From positions 744,001 to 808,000 of the forward strand of contig NC_086097.1 in assembly GCF_963921235.1 (NCBI RefSeq): a DNA stretch of 64,000 bases, in the 5' to 3' direction. Origin of the DNA: Mobula hypostoma. Lineage: Eukaryota. Under the pieces are notes generated by a model that did no database searches, was not told where the DNA came from, and saw only the letters and a list, made by a program, of their open reading frames with translations. The position numbers and the translations under genes were made by a program. Positions within the stretch are counted from its first letter, which is position 1; each line of letters starts with the position of its first letter. Below are positions 25,601-37,940 of the stretch, piece by piece.

Positions 25601-26568
25601 CCCATAAAGATTCTGCACCTTCCGATCCTATATCCCCTCTTTCTAATGATTTAATATCATTTCTTACCAATAAAGCCATGCCTCCCACTCTGCCTACCTT
25701 CCTATCCTTCCGATACACCGTGTATCCTTGGACGTTCAGCTCCCAGGGACATGCATCCTTTAGCCAGGTCTCAGTGATGGCCACAATATCATACCTGCCA
25801 ATCTGTAGCTGTACGACAAGATCATCCACCTTATTCCTTATGCTGCGTGCATTTAAGTATAACATCTTAAGACCAGTATTTGATACTTTCCACTTTGATT
25901 TCACTGCAACTTTATTACACTGCAACTCATCCCAATGGCTACAAATTTGCCCCATCACCCGCCTGTCTTTCCTGACATCTTTATCTTTCCTGACATCTTT
26001 ACTGCTCACTATCTTAGATTTATTTCTGTTTTCCCCTTCCTCCGCTCTGTCATTCCGGTTCCCATCCCCCTGCCAAATTAGTTTAAACCCTCCCTAACAG
26101 CTCTATTAAACTTTCCTGCCAGGAACGTTTGATGGCTCTCGGTCTGTACTCACTGGAATTTAGAAGGATAAGAGGGGATCTCATTGAAACATTTCGAATA
26201 TTGAAAGGCCTAGACAGAATAGATGTGGAAAGGATGTTTCCCATGGTGGGAGACTCTAGGACAAGAGGGCACAGCCTCAGGATTGAGGGGCGCCCTTTCA
26301 AAACAGAGATGTGGAGAAATTTCTTTAACCAAAGGGTAACTGAATTTGTGGAATTTGTTGCCACATACAGCTGTGGAGGCCAGGTCATTGGGTGTATTTA
26401 AGGCAGAGATTGTTAGGTTCTTGATTGGAGATGGCATCAAAGGTTACGGGGAGAAGACCAGGAATTGAAGTTAAGGAGGAGAAGAGAAAAGGATCAGCCA
26501 TGATTGAATGGCGGAGCAGACTTGATGGGCCAGATGGCCTAATTCTGCTCCGATGTCTTATGGGCTAA
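22677..26568 (+). mobile_element. CR1 3' region split by a 3.15-kb antisense CR1
   Basis: ...IPGMKGLSY at 22968 resumes as ERLMALGLYSLEFRR at 26121. Confidence 0.85.
22969..26120 (-). mobile_element. CR1 LINE with ORF1 end and complete but interrupted ORF2
   Basis: ORF1 end (LAGKFNRAVREGLN*), APE 25380-26009, RT 23074-24627 (517 aa); (TTATGGTC)n tail. Confidence 0.95.
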
Positions 26569-27860
26569 TATGGCAAGGGATGGGAAACAGTATGATAGAG
26601 CTGAGGATGTGCCAGCAGGTTTACAAGAAGATGCTACATGTAACATGAAAGTAAGGAAGGACAAGCCAATGACTGGATACAAATGCAGACAGAGCAAAGA
26701 GTTAAATTGTACCACTGAGGCAAAATTCAAAAGGGCGAAAAATGCAGGACTCAAGTTGCTATATTTAAAGGTGCATAGCGTTCGGAGTAAGGTGGACAAA
26801 CTCGTGGTGTAAGAGATTGGTCGGTATGGTGTTGTGAGCATCACTGAGTCATGGCTGAAAGAGGGCCATAGTTGGGAGCTTAACATCAAAGGATACACAG
26901 GCAGGAAGGCATAGGCGGTGGTATGGCTCTGTCGGTAAAAGATGGAATTACATGTTTAGAAAGAGGTGGCATGGGGTCAAAGAATGTTGAATCTTTGTGG
27001 GTGGAGTCAAGAAACTGCAAGGGTTAAAAACCATATATAGGCCTCCAAACGGTAGTTAAGCTGTGGGGTTGAGATTGCATAGGGAGCTGCAAAAGGCATG
27101 TAGTAAGGGTAATGACACAATTGGTATGGGGGACTTCAATATGCAGGGGATTGGGATAATCAGGCTGGTGTCAGATTGTAGGAGAGGGAATTTGTTGAAT
27201 GTTACAAAATGGCTTTCTAGAGCAGCTTGTGCTTGAACCTACTCGGGGAAATGCTATCTTAGACTGGGTGTTGCATAATAGCCAGGAACCTATCAGGGAG
27301 TGTAATGTAAAGGAAACCTTAGGAGGCAGTGATCAACAAAGGACTGAATTCATACTGCAGTTTGAGAGAGAGAAGCATAAGTCACATGTGTCAGTATCAC
27401 AATGGAATAAAGGGAATTACAGAGGCATGAAAGGAGTTTGCCCAGCTGGAATGAAGGATACTAGGAGGATGACGACTGAGTAGAGATGGCTGAAGCTTCT
27501 GGGAATAGTTCACAAGATGCAGGATAGATATGTCCCACAGAGGAACAAGTTCTCAAATGGCTAGGGTAGGCAACCGTGGCTGACAAAGGAAGTTAAGGAC
27601 TGAATAAAAGCCAAGGAAAGGGCAAATAAGGTAGCAAAAGTGAGTGGGAAGTTGGACGATGGGGAAGCTTTTAAACTCCAACAAAAGGCAACTAAAAAAG
27701 CTATAAGAAGGGAAAAGATGAAATATGAGGGCAGACTAGCCAATAACATAAAGTGGGATATCAAAAGTATTAAAGTAAGTACATGTTCAACACAGCATTG
27801 TGGGCCAAAGGGCTTGTATTGTGCTGTAGATTTTCTATGTTTCTGAATTTTTTTCAGTTC

Positions 27861-29321
27861 TATAAGACCATAAGACAAAGGAGTAGAAGACGACCATTCG
27901 GCCCATCGATCTTCTCTGCCATTTTATCATGAGCTGATCCATTCTCCCATTTAGTCCCACTCCCCAGCCTTCTCACCATAACCTTTGATGCCCTGGCTAC
28001 TCAGATACCTATCAATCTCTGCCTTAAATACACCCAATAACTTGGCCTCCACTGCCGCCCATGGCAACAAATTCCATAGATTCACCACCCTCTGGCTAAA
28101 AAAAATTTCTTCGCATCTCTGTTCTGACTGGGCGTCCTTCAATCCTTAAGTCATACCCTCTCGTACTAGACTCCCCCACCATGGGAACAACTTTGACACA
28201 TCCAATCTGTCCATGCCTTTCAACATTCGAAATGTTTCTATGAGGACCCCCCTCATTCTTCTAAACTCCAAGGAATACAGTCCAAGAGCGGTCAAACGTT
28301 CCTCATATGTTAACCCTCTCATCCCCGGAATCATTCTAGTGAATCTTCTCTGAAACCTCTCCAACTTTAGCACGTCCTTTCTTAAATAAGGGAGCCCAAA
28401 ACTGCACACAGTACTCCAAGTGAGGTCTTACCAGTGCCTTATACAGCCTCAACATCACATCCCTGCTCCTATACTCTATTCCTCTAGGAATGAATGCCAA
28501 CATTGCATTCACCTTCTTCACCACCGTCTCAGCCTGGAGGTTAACCTTAAGGGTATCCTGCACGAGGACTTCCAAGTCCTGTTGCATCTCAGAACTTTGA
28601 ATTCTCTCCCCACTTAAATAACAGTCTGTCCATTTATTTCTTCTAACAAAATGCGTAACCATACACTTTCCAACATTGTATTTCATTTGCCACTTCTCTG
28701 CCCATTCTCCCAATCTATCCAAGTCTCTCTGCAGACTCTGTTTCCTCAGCACTACTGGCCCCTGCACCTATCTTTGTATCATCAGCAAACTTAGCCACAA
28801 AGCCATCTATTCCATAATCCAAATCATTGATGCACAACGTAAAAGGAAGCAGCCCCAACACGGACCCCTGTGGAACACCACTGGTAACCGGTAGACAACC
28901 AGAATGGGATCCCTTTATTCCCACTCTCTGTTTCCTGCCAATCAGCCAACGCTCTATCCAGGTATGTAACTTTCCCGTATTTTCATGGGCTCTTATCTTG
29001 TTAAACAGACTCATGTGCGGCACCTTGTCAAAGGCCTCCTGAACATCCAAATACACAACATCTCCTGCATCTCCCTTGTCTAGCCTATTTGTAATTTCCT
29101 CAAAAAATTGCAATAGGTTTGTCAGGCAGGATTTTCCTTTAAGGAAACCATGCTGAGTTCTGCCTATCTTGTCGTATGCCTCCAGGTACTCCGTAACTTC
29201 ATCCTTGACAATCAAGTTCAACAACTTCCCAATCACCGATGTCAAGCTTACAGGTCTATAATTTCCTTTTTGCTTCCTTGCCTCCTTCTTAAATAGCAGA
29301 GTGACATTTGCAATCTTCCAA
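27861..29321 (-). mobile_element. 5'-truncated CR1 (same subfamily as 22969-26120)
   Basis: DWKIANVT...KFADDTK...RPHLEYCVQF; tail ataagaccataagac. Confidence 0.9.
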
Positions 29322-29410
29322 TCTTTGCAATAAAGAGTAAAAGGGAGGTGAGAGTTGATACTGATATTGGACCACAGGAAAATGATGTTGGTGAGGTAGT
29401 AATGGGAGAC

Positions 29411-29733
29411 ATGTGAAGACAGACTCCGGAGGATTGAGCGGATGAGACCTATGGAAGGTCCAACGGTCAAGAAGGCGGTCTCTGCAAGCATCGTGGAACA
29501 TGTAGAGCAGGACAAGACACAGAAGACGTCCCAGTCATCCACTGCGCCTAGTCCCATCCCCAGCCGCCTAGACTCTGTCTTGCCGCTGGATCCAGATGGG
29601 AATTGGGAAGAGAGAGTGAGGCTGACGCTGCGCAACTCTCCCTCACTTAAATCCAAATCACGCACTAGTCTTGACACCATCATAATGGTGTCGAGGTCCT
29701 CATTGACGTCAACGACGCACGATCAACAACAAC
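29411..29733 (+). mobile_element. RTE-clade LINE 3' UTR (or RTE-mobilised SINE) with 10-bp TSD
   Basis: TSD AATGGGAGAC at 29401-29410 and 29734-29743; (CAA)n tail; GACACCAT-cata-ATGGTGTC hairpin; gagagtgaggctga...cctcacttaaatccaa motif. Confidence 0.75.
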
Positions 29734-29908
29734 AATGGGAGACGAAGAAATGGCAGATGAACTTAATGGGTATTTTGCATCTGTCCTCACTGTGGAAGAC
29801 ACTAGCAGTGTGCTAGAGGTCCGTGAGTGTCAGGGAGCAGGAGTGAGTGCCTTTGCTATTACAAAGGAAAAAGTGCTAGGCAAACTCAAAGGTCTTAAGG
29901 TGGATAAG

Positions 29909-29996
29909 CAAGAGAAAATCTGCAGAACTGGTAATTCAAGTAACACACACAAAATGCTGCCTGGTCTGCTGAGTTCCTCCACCATTTTGTGTGTAT
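29909..29996. mobile_element. 88-bp fold-back Penelope terminus with 14-bp TSD
   Basis: TTAAGGTGGATAAG at 29895-29908 and 29997-30010; arms acacacaaaatg / cattttgtgtgt. Confidence 0.75.
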
Positions 29997-31263
29997 TTAA
30001 GGTGGATAAGTCACCTGAACCACATGGACTACATCCCAGACCCTAAGAGACACTGCTGAAGAGATAACAAATGCATTGGTCATGATCTTTCAAGAATCAC
30101 TTGATTCTGGCATGGTCTCAGAGGACTGGAAAATTGCAAATGTCACTCTACTCTTTAAGAAGGGAGGAAGACAAAAGAAAGTAAGTTATAGGCCGGTTAG
30201 TCTAACCTCAGTAGTTAGGAAAGTGTTGCAATCTAGTATTAAAGATGAGGTTTCGAGGTACTAATGATAAAATAAGTCAAAGTCAGCATGGTTTCTGTAA
30301 AGGGAAATCTTGCCTGACAAACCTGTTAAGAGTTCTTCAAGGAGTAACAAGCATGATGGACAAAGAAGAGGCAGTGGATGTCATTTACTTGGATTTTCAG
30401 AAGGTGTTTGGTAAGATGCCACACGAGGCCACTTAACAAGATAAAATCCTATGGTGTTACAGGAAAGAACTGGCTTAGATAGAGGAATTGCTGACAGGCA
30501 GGAGGGAATAAAAGGGGCTTTTTCTGTTTGGCTGCCAGTGACTAGAGGTGTTCCTCAGGGGTCAGTATTGGGACTATTTTTCACATTGTTTGTCAATTAT
30601 TTGGATAATGAAGTTGATAGTTGTGTGGCAAAGTTTGCGGATGATATGAAGACAGGTGGAGGGGTAGGTATTGCTGAGGAAGCATGGCAATTATTGCAGG
30701 ACTTAGACAAATTGGAAGAATGGATAAAAAAGTGGCAGATAGAATGCAGTGTTGGGAAATGTATGATAATGCATGTTAGTAAAAGGAATAATAATGCGGA
30801 CTATTATCTAAATGGGGAGAAAGTTCAAACATCAGGGGTGCAGAGGGACTCATGAAAGACTCCCAGAAGGTTAACTTACAGGTTGAGTCTGTGGTAGAGA
30901 CGACAAATGCAATGTTGGCATTTATTTTAAGGGGAAAAGAACATAACAGCAAGGAAATAATGCTGAGCCTTTATAAGACACCAGTCAGGCTGCACTTAGA
31001 ATATTGTCAACAGTTTTGGGCTCCATATCTCGGAAAGAACGTGTTGTCATTGGAGAGGGTCCAGAGGAGGTTCATAAGTTTTGGGTCTGTACTCGCTGGA
31101 ATTTAGATGAATGCAGGAACATCTCATTGAACCTTACCAAATGTTGAAAGGGCTAGATAGGGTGAACGTGCAGATGATGTTTCCTATGGTTAGGGTATCC
31201 AGAAGTACAGGGCACAGCCTCAAAAATTGTGGGGGCAACCTTTTAGAACAGAGGTAAGGAGGA

Positions 31264-31748
31264 ACACACACTAAATGCTGGAGGAACTCAGCAGGCCAAG
31301 CAGCATCTATGAAAAGAGTACAGTTGATGTTTTTGGCTGAGACTCTATGGCAGGACTGGAGAAAAAAAGCTGAGGAGTAGATTAAAAGGTGGGGAGAGGG
31401 GAGAGAGAAACACAAGATGACAAGTGAAATCTGAAGGGAGAGGAATGAAGTAAAGAGCTGGAAAGTTGATTGGTGAAAGAGATACAGGGCTGAAGAAGGG
31501 AGACTCTGAAAGAAGAGGACAGAAGGCCATGGAAGAAAGAAGAGGGGGGAAGAGTACCAAAGGGAGGCAAGTAGCAGGCAAAGAGATAAGGTGAGAGAGG
31601 AAAAAGTGGATGGGAATGGTAAAAGAGAGTGGGGGTGGGATATTACCGGAAGTTTAAGAAATCAATGTTGCTGCCATTAGGTTGGAGGCTACCCAAACAG
31701 AATATAGGGTGTTGTTCCTCCAACCTAAGTGTGGACTCATCACAACAT
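31264..31748 (-). mobile_element. Penelope-like 3' end
   Basis: Reverse complement of the 180-652 region (LEEQH...NIDF motif, UTR, decayed hammerhead). Confidence 0.75.
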
Positions 31749-31749
31749 T

Positions 31750-33806
31750 ATTTATAAAAACTCAACTCAATTTCATATCTATTGCTGCTGGTGCGTAACA
31801 AAAATTGGGGGCTCATCCAGGATTATGAACAAATTTGGAGCTTATTGATTGTTTAATTATCGACCTGATTGGGGATAAGGGACATACCCGATTCCTCTTG
31901 TTTGATTGGTTTGTGTGTGGTAATCAGCAGCAATGGATGTTGGGAGCTTTCTGGAATCACCAACTCCTACGGCATTAGGGAAAGCGAAAAAGGGTGCGGT
32001 GCTGGAAATTGCTAAGGAACTGAAGCTTACAGGGATAACGATGGCTACTACAAGGCCAGAGATTCAGAGGAAAATAGCTGAGCATTATATAGGTATGAAG
32101 TTGTTTGATGAAGAGGTTTTAGAGAAGTTTCCTGTAAGTAAAGATGTGATCTGGTTACAGCTAGAACAAATAGCGTTAGATAAACTTAAAATAGAGGCTG
32201 AGTTGGAACGAAGTCGATTAGAAGCTGCAGAGAAACAGGCAATATGATGCTAGAGAAACTGACAGACAGAGGGAAGAAGCTGAAAGACAGAGGGTGTTTG
32301 AGCTAGAAAAGATATAGAAATTGAAGCAAAGAGGTCTAGCGGGAGACTCTGGTGCACCATTTGTTGCTTGTCAGGAAGTTAAATTGGATCCTCCATTTAA
32401 TGAGGCAGATGTTGATAAATACTTCCACCATTTTGAGAAAGTTGCTCAGAGTTCACAGTGGCCGAAAAAGGGCTGGCTTGTCCTTTTACAACGTATATTT
32501 AAAGGTAAAGCACAACAGGTTTATACGGCCTTAAACAGTGAACAGGCAGCTGATTATGATACCGTGAAGCAGGTTAGACTTAAAGCTTATGAATTGGTTC
32601 CGGAAGCTTATAGACAGAGATTTAGGAGTCTGAAGAAATCTCTGAACCAGACTTATATGGAATTTGCCTATGACAAATCTGTGTGTTTTGAGCGTTGGTG
32701 CACCTCTAAAAATGTGAGTGGAGAGTATGACAACTTGAAAGAGTTGGTTTTAATAGAGAAATTTACAAGGTACATCCCTGATGGCATAAAGGCATATTTG
32801 GATGAAAAGGACCCTGCCACGTTGCCAAAGTCTGCTAAATTAGCAGATGAGTTTGTTCTCACCCACAAGAGTAAATTTACTCCGAGTAAGACTTTCCAAA
32901 AGAGCAGCATGGATAGTCAGGGTAAACCGGGAATTAAAACGGAAGCTCATGATAAGGGTAAGAATGAAGGGAAGCAAGTGAAGAAAAAACATTTTGGTCC
33001 TATTTGTCACTGTTGTAGGAAATCTGGTCATGTAATGGCTAACTGTTTCTGTCTGAAGAAGAAGGAAAAGGAGGCAGTTCCAGATGCCTGTGTCCAACAC
33101 TTTAAAATACCCGTAAACCTGCAGGGTTCGGGACATTCAAAGAAAGCTCTGACAAGGTCTGACCGAGATAGGAAGGGATTCGATCATTTTATGTCAGAGG
33201 GATTTGCTTCCATGAATGAAGGGTCCACTCAAGTACCAATAAAAATTCTTCGGGTTACTGGGGCTTCTCAGTCACTTATGTTAGACAGAGTTTAGTGATG
33301 AGACTGACATTGGTGAAGTAAATCTTATACAAGGTATTGAGGGCAACCTTATGCCTGCACCTCTGCACAAAGTAGTTTTAAAGTCAGGGATAGTTTCAGG
33401 ACCTGTTAAAATCGGACTATGACCCAGTTTACTGGTGGATAGTGTTTCTTTATTGTTGGGGAATGACCTAGCAGATGGAAAAGTTGTTCCTGCAGGGCAG
33501 CTGACAACTAAGCCGATCACTGATGATCCAAAAATGTATTCTAACATGTATCCCTCCTGTGCAGTAACCCGAGCTATGGAAAAAAAGTCTGCCGAGGCAG
33601 GTGGTTCTGTGCAGCATGGGTCTACTACCCATGACAGCTCAAATTGGGATTCAGATTCTGATGATTTGTCAGGAACTTTCCTACCTTCCTTGTTTGATCA
33701 AGATCCTTGTAGTGAGTCTGACCATAAAGACTTGTCTTTGTCTAGGAAGGAGATTATAGCGGAGCAGAGCAGGAATCCTGAGATTGCCACCTTGAGAGAG
33801 AATGCT
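31750..33806 (+). mobile_element. Truncated Gypsy LTR retrotransposon, Gmr1-like with SCAN-type gag
   Basis: LTR end ...gtaaca at 31800, then a primer-binding site (PBS). Gag PPFNEADVDKYFHHFEKVA...WP...GKAQ...AYELVPEAYRQRFR...LVLIEKF, CCHC knuckle CHCCRKSGHVMANC, protease ILRVTGASQS (catalytic D changed to V) and LLLGNDL. Confidence 0.85.
31806..31823 (+). promoter_or_regulatory. tRNA-Pro primer-binding site
   Basis: TGGGGGCTCATCCAGGAT versus canonical TGGGGGCTCGTCCGGGAT (2 mismatches, both CpG transitions), just after the LTR end. Confidence 0.8.
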
Positions 33807-33807
33807 C

Positions 33808-34172
33808 TCCCCAATAACCTCCCGAACGATCCAGAGTCCATCCAGTTCCAGCTCCAGCTCCTTAACGCCAATTGTTAGAAGCTGCAGCTGGATGCACTTC
33901 TTCCAATTGCAGTCGTCAGGGATGCTGGAGGTCTCCCTGCCTTCCCACATCCCGCAAGAGCAGAGCAGACATAAAGAAGAGAAAGGAAAAAAAAACTTAA
34001 CTTTGTGCTTTTCCTTCCTTTAATTCCTCTGACTGAAGCTTCCCTTTGTTGAAGCCTCAAAGAGCTAAAGCCTCAAGATCACCACTCTCACTCCACCAAT
34101 GCAGATGACGGCTGCTGCGACGATGGCCACTACGCTTGCCCTGCCTTCCTTTAATCTGCTCTTGCTAATCAA
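33808..34172 (-). mobile_element. CR1 5' end: 5' UTR and ORF1 zinc-finger/leucine-zipper start
   Basis: C-x-SCGMWEGRETSSIPDDCNWKKCIQLQLLTIGVKELELELDGLWIVRE. Confidence 0.7.
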
Positions 34173-34175
34173 TCC

Positions 34176-36020
34176 AAAACATAGAACATAGAATAGTACA
34201 GCACAGTACAGGCCTTACGGCCCACAATGTTGTGTCGACCCTTAAACCCTGCCTCCCATATAACCCCCCCACCCTAAATTCCTCCATATGCCTGTCTAGT
34301 AGTCTCTTAAATTTCATTAGTGTATCTGCCTCCACCACTGACTCAGGCAGTGCATTCCACGCACCAACCACTCTCTGAGAAAAAAACGTTCCTCGAATAT
34401 CCCTCTTGAAATTCCCACCCCTTACCTTAAAGCCATGTCCTCTTGTATTGGGCAGTGGTGCCCTGGGGAAGAGGCGCTGACTGTCTACTCTATCTATTCC
34501 TATTAATATCTTGTATACCTCTATCATGTCTCCTCTCATCCTCCTTCACTCCAAAGAGTAAAGTCCTAGCTCCCTTAATCTCTGATCATAATGCACACTC
34601 TCTAAACCAGGCAGTATCCTGGTAAATCTCCTCTGTACCCTTTCCAATGCTTCCACATTCTTCCTATAGTGAAGCGATAAGAAATGGACACAGTACTCCA
34701 AGTGTGGCCTAACCAGCGTTTAATAGAGCTGCATCATTACCTCGTGACTCTTAAACTCTATCCCTCAACTTATGATGGCTAACACCCCATAAGCTTTCTT
34801 AACTACCCTATTTACCTGTGAGGCAACTTTCAGGGGTCTGTGGACATGTACCCCCAGATCCCTCTGGTCCTCCACACTACCAAGTATCCTGCCATTTACT
34901 TTGTACCCTGCCTTGGAGTTTGTCCTTCCAAAGTGTACCACCTCACACTTCTCCAGGTTGAACGCCATCTGCCACTTCTCAGCCCACTTCTTCATCCTAT
35001 CAATGCCTCTCTGCAATCTTCGACAATCCTCTACACTATCTACAACACCATCAACCTTTGTGTCGTCTGCAAACTTGCCAACCCACCCTTCTACCCCCAC
35101 ATCCAGGTCGTTAATAAATGTAGAGGTCCCAGAACTGATTCTTGTGGACACCACTAGTCACAACCCTCCAATTCGAATTTACTCCCTCGACCACAACCCT
35201 CTGCCTTCTGCAGGGAAGCCAATTCTGAATCCACCTGGCCAAACTTCCCTGGATCCAATGCCTTCTGACTTTCTAAATAAGCCTACCATGTGGAACCTTG
35301 TCAAGTGCCTTACTAAAATCCATATAGATCACATCCACTGCACTACCCTCATCTATAAGCCTGGTCACCTCCTCAAAGAACTCGATCAGGCTTGTTAGAC
35401 ACGATCTGCCCTTCACAAAGCCATGCTGACTGTCCCTGATCAGACCATGATTCTCTAAATGCCCAGAGATCCTATCTCTAAGAATCTTTTCCAACAGCTT
35501 TCCCAGCACAGACATAAGGCTCACTGGTCTATAATTACCCAGACTATCCCTACTACCTTTTTTGAACAAAGGGACAACATTCACTTCCCTCCAATCCTCC
35601 GGTACCATTCCCATGGACAACGAGGACATAAAAATCCTAGCCAGAGGCTCAGCAATCTCTTCCCTCGCCTTGTGGAGCAGCCTGGGGAATATTCCGTCAG
35701 GCCCCTGGGACTTATCCACCCTAATGTATTTTAACAACCCCAACACCACTTCTCCCTTAATATCAACATGCTCCAGAACATCAACCTCACTCATAATGTC
35801 CTCACCGTCATCAATCTCCCCCTCATTGGTGAATACCGAAGAGAAGTATTCATTGAGGACCTCGCTCACTTCCACAGCCTCCAGGCACATCTTCCAACCT
35901 TTATCTCTGTTTGGTCCTATCTTCACTCCTGTCAACCTTTTGTTCTTCACATAATTGAAGAATGCCTTGGGGTTTTCCTTCACCCTACTCACCAAGGCCT
36001 TCTCATGCCCCCTTCTTGCC
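34176..36020 (-). mobile_element. 5'-truncated CR1 LINE
   Basis: ORFs 35273-36076, 34765-35154 and 34165-34539; acatagaacatagaa tail. Confidence 0.95.
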
Positions 36021-36225
36021 AATTGGTCATTGCTCAAAGCTTTTTTGCTATAGTGACCCACTGCTGGCTTTTCCACTCAGGCGATGGACCTGAGTGAAAT
36101 CCCCTCCATCCGATGTCCAGTTTGGTCGCTGCTCAAAGCTCTTTTTATATGATACTATTTGCCTATGATTATGCTATAAATAAGTTTTCCATTGCACCTT
36201 CACACATATACTTGTGCAGATGACT

Positions 36226-37135
36226 ATAACCATATAACCATATAACAATTACAGCACGGAAACAGGCCACCTCAGCCCTTCTAGTCTGTGCCAAACTCTT
36301 ACTCTCACCTGGTCCCACCGACCTGCACTCGGCCCATAACCCTCCATTCCTTTCCTGTCCATATATCTATCCAATTTAACTTTAAGTGACATCGAACCTG
36401 CCTCAAGCACTTCTGCTGGAAGCTCATTCCACACAGCTACCACTCTCTGAGTAAAGAAGTTCCCCCTCGTGTTACCCCTAAACTTTTGCCCTTTAACTCT
36501 CAACTCATGTCTTCTTGTTTGAATCTCTCCCATTCTCAATAGAAAAAGCCTATCCACGTCAACTCTATCAATCCCCCTCATAATTTTAAACACCTCTATC
36601 AATTCCCCCCTCAATCTTCTATGCTCCAAAGAATAAAGACCTAACTTGTTCAACCTTTCTCTGTAACTTAGGAGATGAAACCCAGGCAATATTTTAGTAA
36701 ATCTCCTCTGTACTCTCTCAATTTTATTGACATCTTTCCTATAATTCAGTGACCAGAACTGTACACAATAAACAACTTTTTTTTCCTACTTTTGACCTCA
36801 CACCTGCCTGGATTAAATTCTATCTGCTATTCCTTTACCCATATCTGTGACTGATCTTCTACCCTGCTGTATTCTTTGATCACTCTATACTGTCCACAAC
36901 TCCACCAATGTTTGAGCCATCTGCAAATTTATAAAACACCCTTCTACACTTTCATCCAAGACATTTTATATATCACAAAAAAACAGTTGACCCAGCACTG
37001 ATACACATTAGTTACATATCTCCAGCCAGAATAACATTCTCCTGCCATTTCTCTGTCTGTTATGGGCAAGCTAATTCTCAATCCAAACTACCATGTCTTC
37101 ATGGATCCCATGCATCCTAATCTTCTGGATCAGTT
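36226..37135 (-). mobile_element. CR1 3' fragment ((ATATGGTT)n tail subfamily) abutting an older CR1 fragment at ~36770
   Basis: ORF 36249-36689 LSYRERLNKLGLYSLEHRRLRG...FFTQRVVAVWNELP. Confidence 0.85.
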
Positions 37136-37723
37136 GATATCTTGCATCAGGAAGGAACAAAGTGAAATTTCTGTTTCTCAAAGTTTTGCGATAGAATTTT
37201 CTGTGCAAGATGTGTTCCTGAATTAGGCTCTTTTGTCTGCAATTTACCCCTATATCCCTCTAAACCTTTCCTATCCATGTACCTGTTTAAATACCTTTTA
37301 AACAACGTGAAGCATCTTTGGCAGCTCGTTCCATATGTGGTCCACCATAAATCCAAATAGTCAGCATCATTGCACTATGCCAGCACACGAGCAGGTGTGG
37401 CTGTATCCGTTCACTAATTGGTCATGGGGCAGCTGCCGTGATAAGCACAACACAGAAACTGAGACGTAACAGGAAATTCATGTCTCATGTAAATCAATAC
37501 CATGGAAAAGCTGGAGCGGATGAAAAGCTTATTTCATGTTCTACCTTCTGCTTCCTGTTCTAAGGCCTACTGCCTCATTGGCAGATAGTCATTGTACAAG
37601 AATAGACGCCTCTGAAGTGAAATTTTCTACCTTCTTTCCACTCTATTCAAATCCACCTGTCATAAACACACAGATAGGATATTCCCCTGCATCTCTCCCC
37701 AGATCTTTACATCAGCAACTCAC

Positions 37724-37940
37724 CCTTGGTGGAGACAACTGACTGGAGCTGAGCTGCAGAGAGGCTGAAGAAGTAGCACAACTGATGCACAACGATACAC
37801 CCTTCTCTCTGCAATCAATAACCATGCAGCACCACACGTAGATCAGAATGAGAGCTCCACTCTTGCCAGTTCCTGACGGCTTGTTAGCTGCTTTCTGTCG
37901 ATGTTTCTCTGCCTCTCAGCCTGAGTCATCGTGCCGCAGG
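37724..37940 (-). other. Candidate non-coding 5' exon of TMEM63C
   Basis: Non-repetitive island with a strong minus-strand donor AGG|GTGAGT after 37724, on the same strand as the coding exon. The 5' boundary is a guess. Confidence 0.35.

Larger units (their letters stand above)
26565..31262 (+). mobile_element. Old CR1 ORF2 carrying several nested inserts
   Basis: Starts at the ORF1/ORF2 junction (ctaatatggcaagggatggg); APE remnants 26750-27350; resumes at 29327, 29734 and 29997; RT remnants to 31260. Confidence 0.8.

Noticed and set aside
28715..29816. 322-aa and 124-aa ORFs as novel genes
   Set aside because: They are chimeric read-throughs across RTE and CR1 insertion junctions.
32321..33295. 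Host SCAN zinc-finger gene
   Set aside because: It is preceded by an LTR end and PBS, followed by CCHC and protease, has no C2H2 fingers, and the frame is disrupted.
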